Shown here piece by piece: positions 1 to 13,699 of a DNA stretch of 64,000 nt (positions within the stretch are counted from its first letter, which is position 1; every line of letters starts with the position of its first letter). The position numbers were made by a program, and so were the translations under genes. The stretch covers positions 72,403,655 through 72,467,654 of the forward strand of contig NC_057714.1 of the NCBI RefSeq assembly GCF_004010195.1, given 5' to 3'. The DNA is from Chiloscyllium plagiosum (taxonomy: Eukaryota). The notes under the pieces were generated by a model that worked only from the letters and a program-made list of their open reading frames with translations, ran no database searches and was not told where the DNA came from.

Positions 1-670
1 CTGTTTGGTCACCTTCTCAAAGAACTCAATAAGGTTTGTGAGGCACGACCTACTCTTTACAAAACCGTGCTGACTATCCCTAATCAAATTATTCTTTTCT
101 AGATGATTATAAATCCTATCTCTTATAAACTTTTCCAACATTTTACCAACAACTGAAGTAAGGCTCACTGGTCTATAATTACCAGGGTTGTCTCTACTCC
201 CCTTCTCGAACAGGGGAACCACATGTGCTATCCTCCAGTCTTCTGGCACTATTCCTGTAGACAATGACAATTTAAAGATCAATGTCAAAGGCTCGGCAAT
301 CTCCTCCCTGGTTTCCCAGAGGACCCTAGGATAAATCCCATCCTGCCTAGGGGACTTATCTATTTTCACACTCTGCAGGATTTCTAATACCTCTTCCTTG
401 TGAACCTCAATCCCACCTAGTCTAGTAGCCTGTATCTCAGTATTCTTCTTGACAACATTATCGTTTTCTAGAGTGAATACTGTCGAAAAATATTGGTTTA
501 GTGCTTCCCCTATCTCCTCTGACTCCACACACAACTTCACACTACTATCCTTGATTGGCCCTAATCTTACTCTCGTCATTCTTTTATTCCTTAAATACCT
601 ATAGAAAGCCTTTGGGTTTACCCTGATCTTATCCGCCAACAACTTCTCATGTCCCCTCCTGGCTCTTCTG
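1..670 (-). mobile_element. CR1 LINE ORF2 fragment
   Basis: Reverse strand encodes MTRVRLGPIKDSS... and PGNYRPVSLTSVVGK, typical CR1 pre-RT motifs. Confidence 0.9.
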
Positions 671-699
671 AGACCAAAAAACATGTTCCAATATAAATT

Positions 700-1255
700 T
701 GTGCTCATCTTCTATACCTAAGTGAAGAAAGACACATATCCCATCTTTTATTAACCAGCTTATCCATCTGTCCTGCCAATGCTGTGCCCAACCTGTCCAG
801 TCTATTGAGATCTTCCTGAAACTTATGACTATCCTTCACACTATTTATCACCCTAATCAGTTTTTGTATTACCCCACAACCCTCTTGATGATACCCCCTA
901 CATTTAAGCACAAACCATTAATTAATATTACAAACAACAATGGTTAGTGTTAGCACCGTGCCTTGTGGATTCCCAACAGAAAGATGCTTCCAGTCACGAA
1001 ACATCCCCTTACCATTATCCTCTGCTATCTGCCTCTCAGCCAATTTTAGATCAAATAGAGTCATTCAACACAGAAACAGACCCTTCAGTCCAACCAGTCC
1101 ATGTCAAACATTATCCCAAACTAAACTACTGCCATCTGCCTGCTCCTTGCACATATCCCTCCAAACCTTTGCTACTCATATATCTATCCAAATGTCTTTT
1201 ACAGATTGTAATTGTATCCACATCCATCACTTCCTCAGGGAGTTCATTCCACATG
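700..1255 (-). mobile_element. Degenerate CR1 RT and 3' end fragments
   Basis: ORF 705..911 (FQEDLNRL) and ORF 1126..1392 (WNELPEEVM...KRHLDRYM). Confidence 0.75.
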
Positions 1256-1260
1256 CAAAC

Positions 1261-1826
1261 CAGACTACTCAGACCCCTTGGCATCATGGTAGCCCACAAA
1301 CCAACCAACACAATTAAACAGTGACTAATGAACCTAAAGGATCCATTAGATACCACCAGCAAAACTAACGTTATTTGCAAGAAACCATGCAAGAACTGTA
1401 AAAATCACTACATCGGACAAACTAGCAGGAAATTTGCCACCAGGATACATGAACACCAATTGGCCACCAAACGACACAACCCACTGTCACTAGTTTCTAT
1501 ACATACAGACAAAGAAGGACACCACTTTGGGACAACACACAAATCCTAGGACAGGCGAAACAAAGACACGCACAAGAATTCTTAGAGGCATGGCACTCTA
1601 ACCAGATCTCCATCAATAAACACATCGATTTAGATCCTATCTATCTTCCCTTGAAAAAAAGAACCAGAAATGACATCACCCATCTGAAGAAACCAAGACC
1701 TATAAATAGAGAGGTGGGACATAACACCAGCGCTTCACCAGAGATTCTCAGTGATGACGTTGCCTAGTCATGGTGATGAAATGTCTGAAAACAAACCTTC
1801 AAGCTCAGCGAGCTAACTTACATACC
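1261..1826 (+). mobile_element. Penelope-like element 3' part (GIY-YIG endonuclease plus degenerate hammerhead)
   Basis: ORF 1328..1549 contains PCKNCKNHYIGQTSRKFATRIHEH; GTGATGA...TGAAATGTC hammerhead remnant at ~1751-1785. Confidence 0.9.
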
Positions 1827-2399
1827 CTTTATTAATCCTTTTCTCTCTATAATAATTTTTTCTAATATTCCATAGTCCATAATCCTGATGTCTATACCTC
1901 CAACACCTTTTCTATTGTGTAAACCAGTGCAAATTATTCATTGAGGACTGTGCCCATGTCTTCCACTTCCGCGCACACGTACTCTCTCTATGGTCCTAAA
2001 TGGGCCTGATTCTTTGCCAACTTATTCTCTTGCTCTTTATATAATTAGAAAACTCATTGGTTACTTTTTTCTTATGTTACTTGCTAATACTTTCTAATGC
2101 ACTTTCTTTGCTTTCCCAATTTCCTTTTTAAAATTCCCCCCGTTCCTCTAGGGACTATGCCATATTGAGTCATCAGTAGCTGCCAAAGCACAGAAAAATG
2201 GGACCAGCTTAATTGTGAAAACTGGGCGGCATGGACTGAAGGGCCTGTTTCCATGCTGCAGATCTCTATGACTCTGTAAGACTTTAAAAAAAATTCCTAA
2301 CCTTTATGCTCCTGGACATTCAGGATTTCCTAGTCCTGGAGGTCCCACTCTTTGTACTTGGCAAGTAGCTTCTTCCAGTTCATTTGGGCCAATTTAAAT

Positions 2400-2785
2400 T
2401 AACCGCCAGAGGTGCCATCTTTCAGACAAGATATTAACCATATGTGCTTTCTGTGGTAGATATAAAAGACCTTCTGGCACAATTTATATTTAGGAGTAGA
2501 TAGGTTATCCCTGGTGTCTCGGCCAATCCTTACCCCCCAAACAACATCACTACAACAAATTATTTGCTTATTATCAGACTGCAGTTTATGGGAGAATGAC
2601 GTGCACAAATTGGGCACTATTAAGTTGGGCTTCCAACAGCAGCAACAGTTCAAAACAAAATGTCCTTCTCGTACAGGAGTCAAGCACTTTAGATCTTCAA
2701 GGTATCATGAAGGGTTACTACTAGAGATTTGCTTGGATGTTCCCAGGTGTGAAAGGTGAGCTATAAAGAAAGGCTGTTTTTTTTC
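2400..2785 (+). mobile_element. DeuSINE (SacSINE1/AmnSINE1-like) remnant
   Basis: GAGGTGCCATCTTTCAGA...CCCTGGTGTC.GGCCAAT...GTGCACAAATTGG resembles the Deu domain as I recall it. Confidence 0.65.
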
Positions 2786-2799
2786 CACTGGAGTGTGAG

Positions 2800-3172
2800 A
2801 GGCTACCTCAGAGAAGTTTATAAAATAATAAGTATAGATAGAGTTAATGATGGCTGTCTTTTCCCTAGGACAGAGAATTTCAAAACGACTGGGCACGTTT
2901 TTTGAGGTGAGAGGAGAAAGATTTTAAAAAGACTTGAGGCGCAATGTTTTTTACACAGAGGGTAGTTCGAGTGGGGCATGAACTTCCTGAGGAAGTGGTG
3001 GGTGTGGGTACAGTTACACGCTTAAAAGATATTTGAATAAGTGCATGAATAGGAAAAGTATGGAGTTGATATGGATCAGGAGCAGGTAGATGGGACTAGT
3101 TTAGTTTGGGATTATGTTTGACATGGACTGGTTGGACCTAAGGGCCTGTTTCCATGCTGTATGACTGTATGA
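2800..3172 (+). mobile_element. CR1 3' end
   Basis: Encodes FFTQRVV...ELPEEVV and ends with a GGGCCTGTTTCCATGCTGTATGACTGTATGA tail. Confidence 0.85.
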
Positions 3173-3690
3173 TTTAAACAGAAATATTTATTTTACATTG
3201 TCGAATGCTTTTGGCTTTTTTTCTTTAATTCGTGAGGTCCATGCACGTTTTTACTTGATCTCTCTCCCTTCACCCTACTGTCCCTTTCTGAACAGACACC
3301 GGCTTCAGGGACAAGTAGAGCAGTGAGTGTGGAGGCCCAAAGTCCTGGCTGTGGCAGTAATGAGTGTCAGGAGGGGAAGAGAGGGTGAGACGGAGCCCAT
3401 GCTTCAACCTGCGGCCGGCTCTCCCCAAGACACAGAAAGCAACGCAGTGCTGATTGTAAAGATGCAAATTGTTTCCAAAGCAACGAGCACACATCCCACG
3501 TTGCCACGGGCTGGGATGTGGTCATGCAATGTATGTTGGAAGTGATCGGAATCGATTAAACAGTGAACGGGTATCGCTAGCGCCACATTGAGCATGCACT
3601 CATTATTATTGGGAAATATAGCACGGCCATCGCTCCAGATTTCATTCGTGCAAGCTGCAATATTATCTTTTATTAACTAAAGCACAGCAT

Positions 3691-3860
3691 TACTCACGCA
3701 GATATATTTCGTTGCTGCCTCACGCGTTGGCGGATCCAGCCAGCGGAAGATCCTCCCGCCCCCTAGTGCAGAACTCCAACCTCCCACAGCCGTGCTACAG
3801 GAGGCGGGCAGACGTACTCCCACACCGTGCGCACAAGTGCTCACGTTGGGATTGTGGATA
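3691..3860 (-). promoter_or_regulatory. CpG-rich promoter and putative non-coding first exon of a leftward gene
   Basis: CpG cluster 3.5-3.85 kb; GC boxes (CCCGCCCC, GGCGGG); CGGAAG; minus-strand donor TGC|gtgagta with the exon ending at 3698. Confidence 0.5.
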
Positions 3861-4143
3861 TTTTCTAACCAGGCGGTTCAGCGATGTTATTGCACAGGGC
3901 TGGACCAAGTGGCACATTCCAAGGAGAGGGAACAGTGAATGGATATGGGGTTGAGAGAGGGAACTAATTGCTTACAAAGAAAAAGGATATGGCAGAATTA
4001 CAGAGCAGCTATTTGGTGAATGATACCAGGTGTGGGACTGGAGGGACAGACTGCACGAAGATGGAAAAATAGCAGAAAACAGGATCAAAATGAGGAACAG
4101 TGGCAAAAAGGCAAAATTAATGGCTCTTTATTTAAATGCTCAT
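3860..4143 (+). mobile_element. Older CR1, left part (end of ORF1 and ORF2 start ...ALYLNAH)
   Basis: KLMALYLNAH resembles the CR1 APE start LYxNAxS; it continues after the nested insertion at ~8650. Confidence 0.7.
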
Positions 4144-7100
4144 AGTAGAGTCATAGAGATGTACAGCACGGAAACAGATGCTTCGGTCCAACTCATCCCG
4201 GCCAACCAGATATCCCCACCCAATCTCATCCATTTGCTAGCACTTGGCCCATATCCCTCCAAACCCTTCCTATTCATATACCCATCCAGATGCCTTTTAA
4301 ATGCTGCAATTGTACCAGCCTCCACCACTTCCTCTGGCAGCTCATTCCATACACGCACCACCCTCTGTGTGAAAACATTGCCTCTTAGGCCCCTTTTAAA
4401 TCTTTCTCCTCTCACCCTAAACCTATGCCCTCTAGTCCTGGACTCCCCCACCCCAGGGAAAAGANNNNNNNNNNNNNNNNNNNNNNNNNNNNNNNNNNNN
4501 NNNNNNNNNNNNNNNNNNNNNNNNNNNNNNNNNNNNNNNNNNNNNNNNNNNNNNNNNNNNNNNNNNNNNNNNNNNNNNNNNNNNNNNNNNNNNNNNNNNN
4601 NNNNNNNNNNNNNNNNNNNNNNNNNNNNNNNNNNNNNNNNNNNNNNNNNNNNNNNNNNNNNNNNNNNNNNNNNNNNNNNNNNNNNNNNNNNNNNNNNNNN
4701 NNNNNNNNNNNNNNNNNNNNNNNNNNNNNNNNNNNNNNNNNNNNNNNNNNNNNNNNNNNNNNNNNNNNNNNNNNNNNNNNNNNNNNNNNNNNNNNNNNNN
4801 NNNNNNNNNNNNNNNNNNNNNNNNNNNNNNNNNNNNNNNNNNNNNNNNNNNNNNNNNNNNNNNNNNNNNNNNNNNNNNNNNNNNNNNNNNNNNNNNNNNN
4901 NNNNNNNNNNNNNNNNNNNNNNNNNNNNNNNNNNNNNNNNNNNNNNNNNNNNNNNNNNNNNNNNNNNNNNNNNNNNNNNNNNNNNNNNNNNNNNNNNNNN
5001 NNNNNNNNNNNNNNNNNNNNNNNNNNNNNNNNNNNNNNNNNNNNNNNNNNNNNNNNNNNNNNNNNNNNNNNNNNNNNNNNNNNNNNNNNNNNNNNNNNNN
5101 NNNNNNNNNNNNNNNNNNNNNNNNNNNNNNNNNNNNNNNNNNNNNNNNNNNNNNNNNNNNNNNNNNNNNNNNNNNNNNNNNNNNNNNNNNNNNNNNNNNN
5201 NNNNNNNNNNNNNNNNNNNNNNNNNNNNNNNNNNNNNNNNNNNNNNNNNNNNNNNNNNNNNNNNNNNNNNNNNNNNNNNNNNNNNNNNNNNNNNNNNNNN
5301 NNNNNNNNNNNNNNNNNNNNNNNNNNNNNNNNNNNNNNNNNNNNNNNNNNNNNNNNNNNNNNNNNNNNNNNNNNNNNNNNNNNNNNNNNNNNNNNNNNNN
5401 NNNNNNNNNNNNNNNNNNNNNNNNTTTGAGCCAGTTCCTTATCCAAATGGCTAGATCTCCCTGTATTCCATGAGATCTAACCTTGCTAATCAGTCTCCCA
5501 TGTGGAACCTTGTCGAATGCCTTACTGAAATCCACATAGATCACGTCCACTGCTCTGCTCTCATCAATCCTCTTTGTTACTTCTTCAAAAAAACTCAATC
5601 AAGTTTGTGAGACATGACAAAGCCATGTTTACTATCCCGAATCAGTCCTTGCCTTTCCAAATACATGTAAATCCCGTCCCTCAGGATTCCCTCCAACAAC
5701 TTGCCCACCACTAATGTCAGGCTCACTGGTCTATATTTCCCTGGCTTGTCTGTACCACTTTTCTTAAATAGTGGTATCACATTAGCCAGCCTCCAGTCTT
5801 CTGGCACCTCACCTGTGACTTTTCGATGATACAAATATCTCTGCAAGGGACCCAGCATTCACTTCCCTAGTTTCCCATAGAGTTCTAGGGTACACTTGAT
5901 CAGGTCCAGCACCTCCTCCTCTGTAGTATGGACATTTTTCAAGATGTCACCATGTATTTCCTGACATTCTACATCACCCAAGTCCTCCTCCACGGTAAAC
6001 ACTGATGCAAAATACTCGTTTAGTTACTCCCCCATCTCCTGCTTAGACTGCCTTGCTGATCTTTGAGGGGCCCTATTCTCTCCCTAGTTACCCTTTTGTC
6101 TTTAATGTATTTGTAAAAGCCCTTTGGATTTTCCTTAACCCTATTTGCCAAAGCTATCTCATGTCCCCTTATTGCCCTCCTGTTTTCCATCTTAAGTATA
6201 CTCTTACTGCCTTTATTGTCTTCTAAGGATTCACTTGATCTCTGCTGTCTAAACCTGACATATACTTTCTTACTTTTCTTAACCAAACCCTCAATTTCAC
6301 TTGTCATCCAGCATTCCTGACACCTACCAGCCTTTCCTTTCACCCTAACAGGAATATACTTTCTCTGGACTCTAGTTATCTCATTTCTGAAGGCTTCTCA
6401 TTTTCCAGCCGTCCCTTTACCTGCGAACCTTTGCCCCAATCAGCTTTTGAAAGTTATTTTCTAATACTGTCAAAATTAGCCTTCCTCCAATTTAGAACTT
6501 CAATTTTTAGATCCAGCCTATCCTTTTCCATCACTATTTTAAAACTAAAATTTTGAGCGCTGACCCCAAAGTGCTCCCCCATTGACACCTCAGTCACTTG
6601 CCCTGCCTTATTTCCCAAGGGTAGGTCAAGTTTTGCACCTTCTCTAGTAGTTACATCTACATACTGAATCAGAAAGTTTTCTTGTAAACACCTTAACAAA
6701 TTCCTCCCTACCTAAACCCTTAACACTTTGGCAGTTCCAGTCTATGTTTGGAAAGTTAAAATCCCCTCCCATAATCACCCTATTATTCTTACAGATAACA
6801 GAAATCTCCTTACAAATTTGTTCCTCAATTTCCCTCTATTAGCGGGTCTATAATACAATCCCAATAAGGTGATCATCCCTTTCTTATTTCTCAGTTCCAC
6901 CCAAATAACATCTCTGGATGTATTTCTGGGAATATCCTTCCTATGTACAGCAGTAATACTATCCCTTATCAAAAACATCACTCCCCCTCTTCTCTTGCCT
7001 CCCTTTCTATCCTTCCTGTAGCATTTGTATCCTGGAACATTAAGCTGCCAGTCCTATCCATCCCTGAGCTACGTTTCTGTAATTGCTATGATATCCCAGT

Positions 7101-8650
7101 CCAATGTTCCTAACCATGCCCTGAGTTCATCTGCCTTCCCTGTTAGGCCTCTTGCATTGAAGTAAATGAAGTTTATCAGTCCTACCTTGTTCTTTGCTTT
7201 GTCCCTGCCTGCCCTGACTGTTTGTCTCGCTTCTGTTCTCAAGTGTACCAGTCTCAGGCTGGACCTTTTCCTCAGTATTTCCTAGAGACCGCCTTCCCCC
7301 ACCACCTTACTAGTTTAAATCCTCCCGAGCAGCTCTAACAAATCTCCCTGCCAGTACATTTGTCCCCTTCCAATTCAGGTGCAATCCGTCCTTCTTGTAC
7401 AGGTCACTTCTACACCAGAAGAGATTCCAATGATTCAAATGCGAATCGTTCTCGCATGCACCAGCTCCTCAGCCATGCATTCATCTGCTCTATCCTCCTA
7501 TTCCTACCCTCACTAGCTCATAGCACCAGGAGTAATCCAGATATTACTACCTTTGAGGACATCCTTTTTAGATTCATGCCTAACTTCCAATATTCTCCCT
7601 TCAGAATCTCATCCTATTCTCCTCCTATGTCATTGGTTGCAATGTGTACAATGACCTCTCGCTGTTCCCTCTCCCCTTTGAGAACATTCTGCACCCTCTC
7701 TAAGACATCCTTGATCCTGGCACCAGGGAGGCAACACACCATTCTGATTTTTTGCTGCTGGCTGCAGAAACACCTGTCTGTGCCTCTGACTAGAGGGTCA
7801 TCTATCACAATCAGTCACTTGGAACTCAACGTACCCCTCATTACATTTGAGCCAGTCTTGATACCAGAGACTTGGCTGTTTGTGCTACATTTCCCTGAGA
7901 GTCCATCACATTTTCCAAAACAGCATACTTGTTTGAAATGGGGATAGCCACAGAAGACTCCTGCACTATCTGCCTACCTCTCCTATCTTTCCTGGAGTTA
8001 ACCGATCTATCTGACACTATCTGCAGCTTTTCTCCCTCCCTATAACTACCATCTATCACACCCCCTTACTCTTGTAAATTCCTCATTGCCTCTAACTGTC
8101 ACTCTAACTGATCCATTTGATCTGATAGGATTCGCAACCACATATATTTCCTGTCGACATACTCATCAGTAACAGGAAAACTCTCCCTAAACTCTCACAT
8201 CCGACAAGAAGAGCATATCACTCTTCTGAAGGCCATTTTTGCTCCTTCACAATCCACAAACCCAGAAAATAACACCATCTTACTCACTTAAAACACACTG
8301 CTCCAGGCTAACATAATACTTCTGGCTCATATTTTTAGAATTTAATCAAGAGACAGGTCTCAATAAAATGTATAACCTAGAAAGAACCCAATCTACTCAC
8401 TATTGTAGATTTACAGCAAGGCCACCTTAAAACTATGCATTTATCTGTTTCTGTGCTGTGACCTCGCCCACACAGGTTCCTCCAAGATCAGTTGTGAATT
8501 TTGCTGTTTGTTAAGTTTTCCTCGATGCACTCCAGTGTCCAGAGATACATGAATTCAAACTGCAAAGACAGTAAATGCACAGATTCAGTGCTTGTCAGTT
8601 TTCTTTCTCTCCCTCTCCCTCTCTCCCCTTCACTGACTATGTGCTGCCTA
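4143..8650 (-). mobile_element. Near full-length degenerate CR1 LINE (5'UTR, ORF1 zinc-finger/SGNH esterase, ORF2 APE + RT; N gap 4465-5424)
   Basis: ORF1 starts MAFRRVICSSCRM at 8236; esterase MVCCLPGARIKDV...VHIATNDIG (7614..7808); APE GLYYRP; RT DFSKAFDKVPHGRL; C-terminus WNELPEEVVEAG; CTCTATGACTCT tail. Confidence 0.95.
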
Positions 8651-9882
8651 TTACTGAATTAATAGCACACACTAGTTAATGGATATAATCTTACAGCCTT
8701 TACAGATACATGGTTACAAGTAGATCAAAGCTAGGAACTAAATATTCATAGTATGTGACTTTTCAAAAGACAGGCAGGATATAAAGGATGGTAGACGTAG
8801 CATTGTTGGATGGGATGGAATAAGTACAATTGAAAGATGTAAGATCCATATGAGTGGAGAGAAGAAATAAAAAAGGCAAAGAAAACAATGGTAGCAGTAG
8901 TCTACAGGCCCCCTAACTGTATCTATACAGTGGGACAGAAAACAATTCAGGAGATAATGAGGACATGTAACAAAGGTAGTAGATTAATCATAGGTGACTT
9001 TAATTTTCATATAGACTGTGATATTCAGATTGGCAGAGGAAACGATGTGAAAGAATTTGAAGTATATATCCAGGACAGTTTCTGACAACAGTATATTGTG
9101 GATCCAACCAAGGACCAGGGCTTTTTTGGATCTGGTGATGTGTAATAAGGCAGGTCACCCTTCGTCAGAACTTTCTGCTTTTGTTTGAGAAAGACTTGGG
9201 TGGCCTTGAATTCCTAAAAGCTAGCATCCAAGTTCAATGGACTTTAGGGAAGGTAAATTTAATGTTTGCGTCTATTTCAAAGGGAATAAAGTATATAGTG
9301 GGGAGATTTGCTAAAACTATAAAAGGGCACAATTGAAATACATTGAATAATTTTGGGCACCTTACTTTCGGAAAGATGTTCTGGCAATGGAGACATTTCT
9401 GAGAAGGTTCATTCGGCTGATACTAGAAATGGATGAACTGTTTTATGAGGAAAGATTGAGTAGATTGGCCGAGTTCTTGTTAGAATATAGGTGCATGTAA
9501 GGTTAACTTATTGAAACATACAAACTTCCTAGAGGGTATTACAGGGCAGATATAGAAAGATTCTTTCCCCTTGTAGGAGCATTCAGGACGAGAGGGCATA
9601 ATCTCAGAATAAAGGCTTGCACATTTAAAACAGAGACAAGCAGGAATTTCTTCTCTTAGAGGATTGTGAATCTGTGGAATTCTTTACCAGAGAGGTCTGT
9701 TGTGGCTGTCATTAATTATATTCAATACTGAGAGATGATTTGAATCTATAACAGAATCAAGGGTTATGGAGAAAAGGCAGGAAAGTGGTGTTGAGGATTA
9801 TGTGATGAGTTCTGATTTTGTTGAATGGTGCAGCAGCCTCAATGAGTTGAATGGCCTACTTCTGCTCCTATGTCTTATGTTC
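8651..9882 (+). mobile_element. Older CR1, right part (APE domain, then 3' end)
   Basis: APE fragments TDTWL, VVYRPPN and IIGDFN (ORF 8888..9085), followed by a GGCCTACTTCTGCTCCTATGTCTTATG tail. Confidence 0.85.
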
Positions 9883-9884
9883 TT

Positions 9885-10550
9885 AAACCTCCTCTGACAG
9901 TGAAGCATTTATTTCCTGTGCTTTGTTCATGCACAGTAGGTTGACAGCTAATGTCCAAACCTCTTCTGCCCAATTGACATGCTTCCACATCTTTTTCCTC
10001 AAATTTTGGTAGGGCTGCACAAACTGAAATACTTCCTTATTGGCCTGCAAATTTTGATTCAGATTGTCACCACCAGGACCTGCATCTGTATCCAACACCT
10101 CTTGTTTTAACTGTAGCATCTTAAGCTTAAAGTTATGTTCCTGCACTTTATCTTCTCTTTGCACTTCTAATTCTCATTTTCTTATTTCCATTCTTCTCAA
10201 TTCCATTTCCCTTTATCATTCATTGCGTTTTTGTTTTGTCTTTCTCTGTTCTTTTTCTGTTTTTTTCCTTCCCTGTCCTTATCTTTTTCTTCCGCCCTAG
10301 CTCAGGCTGCTTTAGCTGTAATTGAATATCACCTATTTCTGACATTTCAGTGCCCTCCTTTGTATTTCCTGTAAATGCAAATGACTTGCTAGTACCTTAA
10401 TTATCTCTGCTTTTCTGATTCTGCCAGGTAGTGCAACCTCTAGTTTGCTTGCCAAATTAATCAACCTGGGTTTTGAAATTTCCTTTTAATACTACCAGCA
10501 ATAACTATGCTACCTGCAGGAAATCTCTGCTGTTTCCACATCTTATGTGC
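9885..10550 (-). mobile_element. Gypsy-type LTR retrotransposon gag fragment
   Basis: Coiled-coil E/K-rich stretch followed by (frameshifted) LPKFEEKDVEA...W.EEVWTL...KAQEI.ASLSEE, typical of fish Gypsy gag. Confidence 0.65.
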
Positions 10551-10554
10551 AGTA

Positions 10555-10776
10555 TAGGTCCTTCTGCTATAATGCACGTTTCATTAATGCAAATTTGCTA
10601 TAACATGATTGATGAATTGGGGACGTTGTTTTCAAAGTAAGAACTTTTAAAGTGTGTATTGGTTATAGTACAATTCTGGCCCCATTAGTTTAAATGGTGC
10701 TGCTTTTACATGATTTTCTTATAACATGGGATTGCGCGAGAACGGAACTACCACGTTATAGCAGAACTGACTGTAT
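10555..10776. mobile_element. Tc1-mariner (Tigger/pogo-like) MITE
   Basis: Imperfect terminal inverted repeats TATAGGTCCTTCTGCTATAA / TTATAGCAGAACTGACTGTATA with TA flanks; homologous inverted copy at ~14422-14638. Confidence 0.7.
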
Positions 10777-11424
10777 ACCTGTGTTATTTACCAACAGCAC
10801 ACACAAATCCATGTTGCCCCTTTTTCAAAAAGTCAGTGTCTTTACACACTTCCTCCACCACTTTTAACATTAACTCCCTTCACCAGGGATGCACATGTTC
10901 CAGGACGACATTGCTAAGGACTCCACAAAAGTTTGGATTAAAAGCTGCAAAGTTTTATTAGGAGACCCTAGAATCTAAAGTATATCAAAGGGTTTGAAAC
11001 CATGGAATAAAGTATTGTGGCAAGTAATTCAATTGTATTGTACTTTATGTAATGTTAAATTTGAATTGCTTTAAAATATATTTCTACAAATTTGATAAAT
11101 AAAGGATTTTTTTATGGAAAAGGATCTCTTTTATTGAGAACTCTATTCAAACCTCCAAGCTAGCAAATCTAGTTACAATCCTTAAAATCAGGAACACATT
11201 GATGAATATTGAAACTAACTTATTTTTTTTAAACTTCTGTTTATCTTAATGTGTTAAAGTTTCACAATTCCAAATACAAAATGCATTCAATGTGTAAGGA
11301 AAAAAAGGAGCATATAATCTTAATTTGACAATTAAAAAGAAAATGAAAATCAAACTAAATGCCCACCTTCAGAACCAGACGCTGCAGAAATTCCCAACTC
11401 ATCAACACTTCAGCAGTTCAATTT

Positions 11425-12130
11425 TGTTACGACACAGGGTAATCTTTCCTGCTTAATTTAAAAACCAGCAACACAGAAAAAAATTTATCCCGTGCAGTAA
11501 TCTGTGAAAATTTGATAGGTCAACAACTATTTAAAGTAAAAATTAACAACTTTATTTCTTAAAGTAATACAGAGAATATTACTATTTACAATTCCTTCCT
11601 CTAACCTATCTGTTACCTTCCCTTCTATAATACTAGTCTGATAAAACTCCCAATTAAAATTTACAAAACAACACTTCTTATCTCAAACTTGGGCAGCTTT
11701 CAGGTTTCTCAGTATTCCTGTCTTCTTTTCTTTTTTGGGGAGTCTGCTTCACAGGTGACTGATCGATAAACATATCTTTTAAGAGAGCTATTTTCTGGGC
11801 AGTGTGCAGATGTCATTGGCTTGGCAGTTCTCCTATTAACTGTTCAATTTCCCCCAGTCTTATACCCTCAAACCATCAGATTGTATCATTGGCTTTTAAG
11901 ATTGTCAGTATACTAAATTCAAACTGGATTGGAGTTTAGTATTTTTTGGGAAGTATAAATTAAATTGATTGGCCTAATTCAAACCTGTTTTGTCATTTCC
12001 AGGCAACCAGCTAATCGAGTTGTTCAACCATATGTTACGTTATATTTATTTTCAGAACACTTGGTTCTATCAGGTAGTTATGTTGCTTTTAACTGTCTTA
12101 AAGATAGAGTACACTCACATCTTCATAACA
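11425..12130. mobile_element. Putative solo LTR
   Basis: About 700 bp bounded by inverted termini TGTTA...TAACA; no clear target-site duplication. Confidence 0.45.
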
Positions 12131-13699
12131 GTTGAGATCTGCTCTCCTTTAACACTGTCTATCACAGAAACCATTAGCTCATAGGCCAACACTTTATACA
12201 ATGCATGGTCTCAAATTTTTGAATTTTCACAGAACTCTGTGAAATCTGTGGTAAGTATATATTTTCTTAGGCAAGAAGATCAAATATGCATGTAATACAC
12301 CAAGACTGGTTTCACCAAGGGCTTGTATTGCTGCAGCAAGGCATCCATGCTCCTGTACTCAACTCTCCCTGCAATGAAGGCCAACAGACCATTTGCCTTC
12401 CCAACTTCTTACCGAAAGCAAGCAAGCAGGCTGAGCAAGTGAATAGTCAGGCAAATATTTACAGGACGGATAAAGTCTCATTGTCATGGTGGCCAGGTTC
12501 CTCTGGCATGGTTACAGCATGGGAATTGAAAGGCCACATGCTATAATTGAATTAGCTCTATTCATTTAGATGTAATTCATTATGTCAAACGATTGTTACA
12601 TTTGGGTAAGTGGTGCAGGTCTGAACAGGGAAGGAATGGTCATCCAAGAAATTTCAAACTGGCAGAGATCGGTATTGCCAAAGGAGTTGCGCAAAGGGAC
12701 TGTAAGAAACCTAAACCCCAACTCCCTGGGAAACTTCAAAATGGAGGAGATCTAAAGACCTCATGCTGTTGTGAAATTAATCAAAGTCAACAGTCTTCAA
12801 CCCAGAGATTTACAGATTTTCAAGTCCAAAGCGAATGTGTTCTGGGCAAGTAACGAAAACTGCAAACCATCTATATTTGCATTCTTAGAGAAGTGGAAAA
12901 GATGGGATTTGTGATTAATACATTACATATACAAATTTAGAATATTAGTAATGAGAAAGAAAGCTTGGTAACCGATATTATATGTGGATTTAAAGTGTTA
13001 ATAGTGAGGAATTCCATAAGCATTGTCCGCTATGATAATGCCATATGGACTCAGAGAGAGATCAATTCAGGATCTCAGAGGAGTAGGATTAAACATCTCA
13101 GGACACCTCACAGTCTCTGTAACAATGTCTATCACTAACTAACTGCCAGTGGGCTTTGGTGGTGCAAAGGAGGTAGGAGACTGTGGTTCATGTCCCACCC
13201 ATTCCAGAGGTATGTCATAACATCTCTGGACAAGTTGTTTAGCAAATATCTGTAACTAATCATTAACATTCAATAAACTGCATTTTGTTAACCATGTCAC
13301 AATTCACTGGGGTAGAGTGCTAATAAAAAATATCTGCAGGATCTCAATTTTTTTGGTTCCTACATCATTGGTTCCAAAATGGATAATGCATTGTTGCTAT
13401 TGGTCTCCTCATACAAAATGTTTTGTGCCTATTTTGTGATATCCTTTATCACATCATCAGGGAAGCGACATGGCAAGCTAAATTCATGCCACTGTTTGCA
13501 GTAATGGCTATATACCCAGAAAACAACATGCTCTCTCTTTCTCATTCTCGAGCTGACTGTATTGATCAGCAGTTAATACAAGTCTACCAAGTAGTAATTT
13601 GCTGCCACCAGCCTTGTTAAGTGTAGGAATCTGCTTGCTTGATTTCATTGATAAAGGAAAAGTACTTTCTTGTAGAGCTCGAAAAGGCTCTTGTAGTTC

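Noticed and set aside
4030-5598. Long ORFs of 334-474 aa (also those at 39.7-40.3, 48.0-48.5 and 58.4-59.1 kb)
   Set aside because: Length is inflated by runs of N; the real parts are CR1 or Penelope sequence or their antisense frames.
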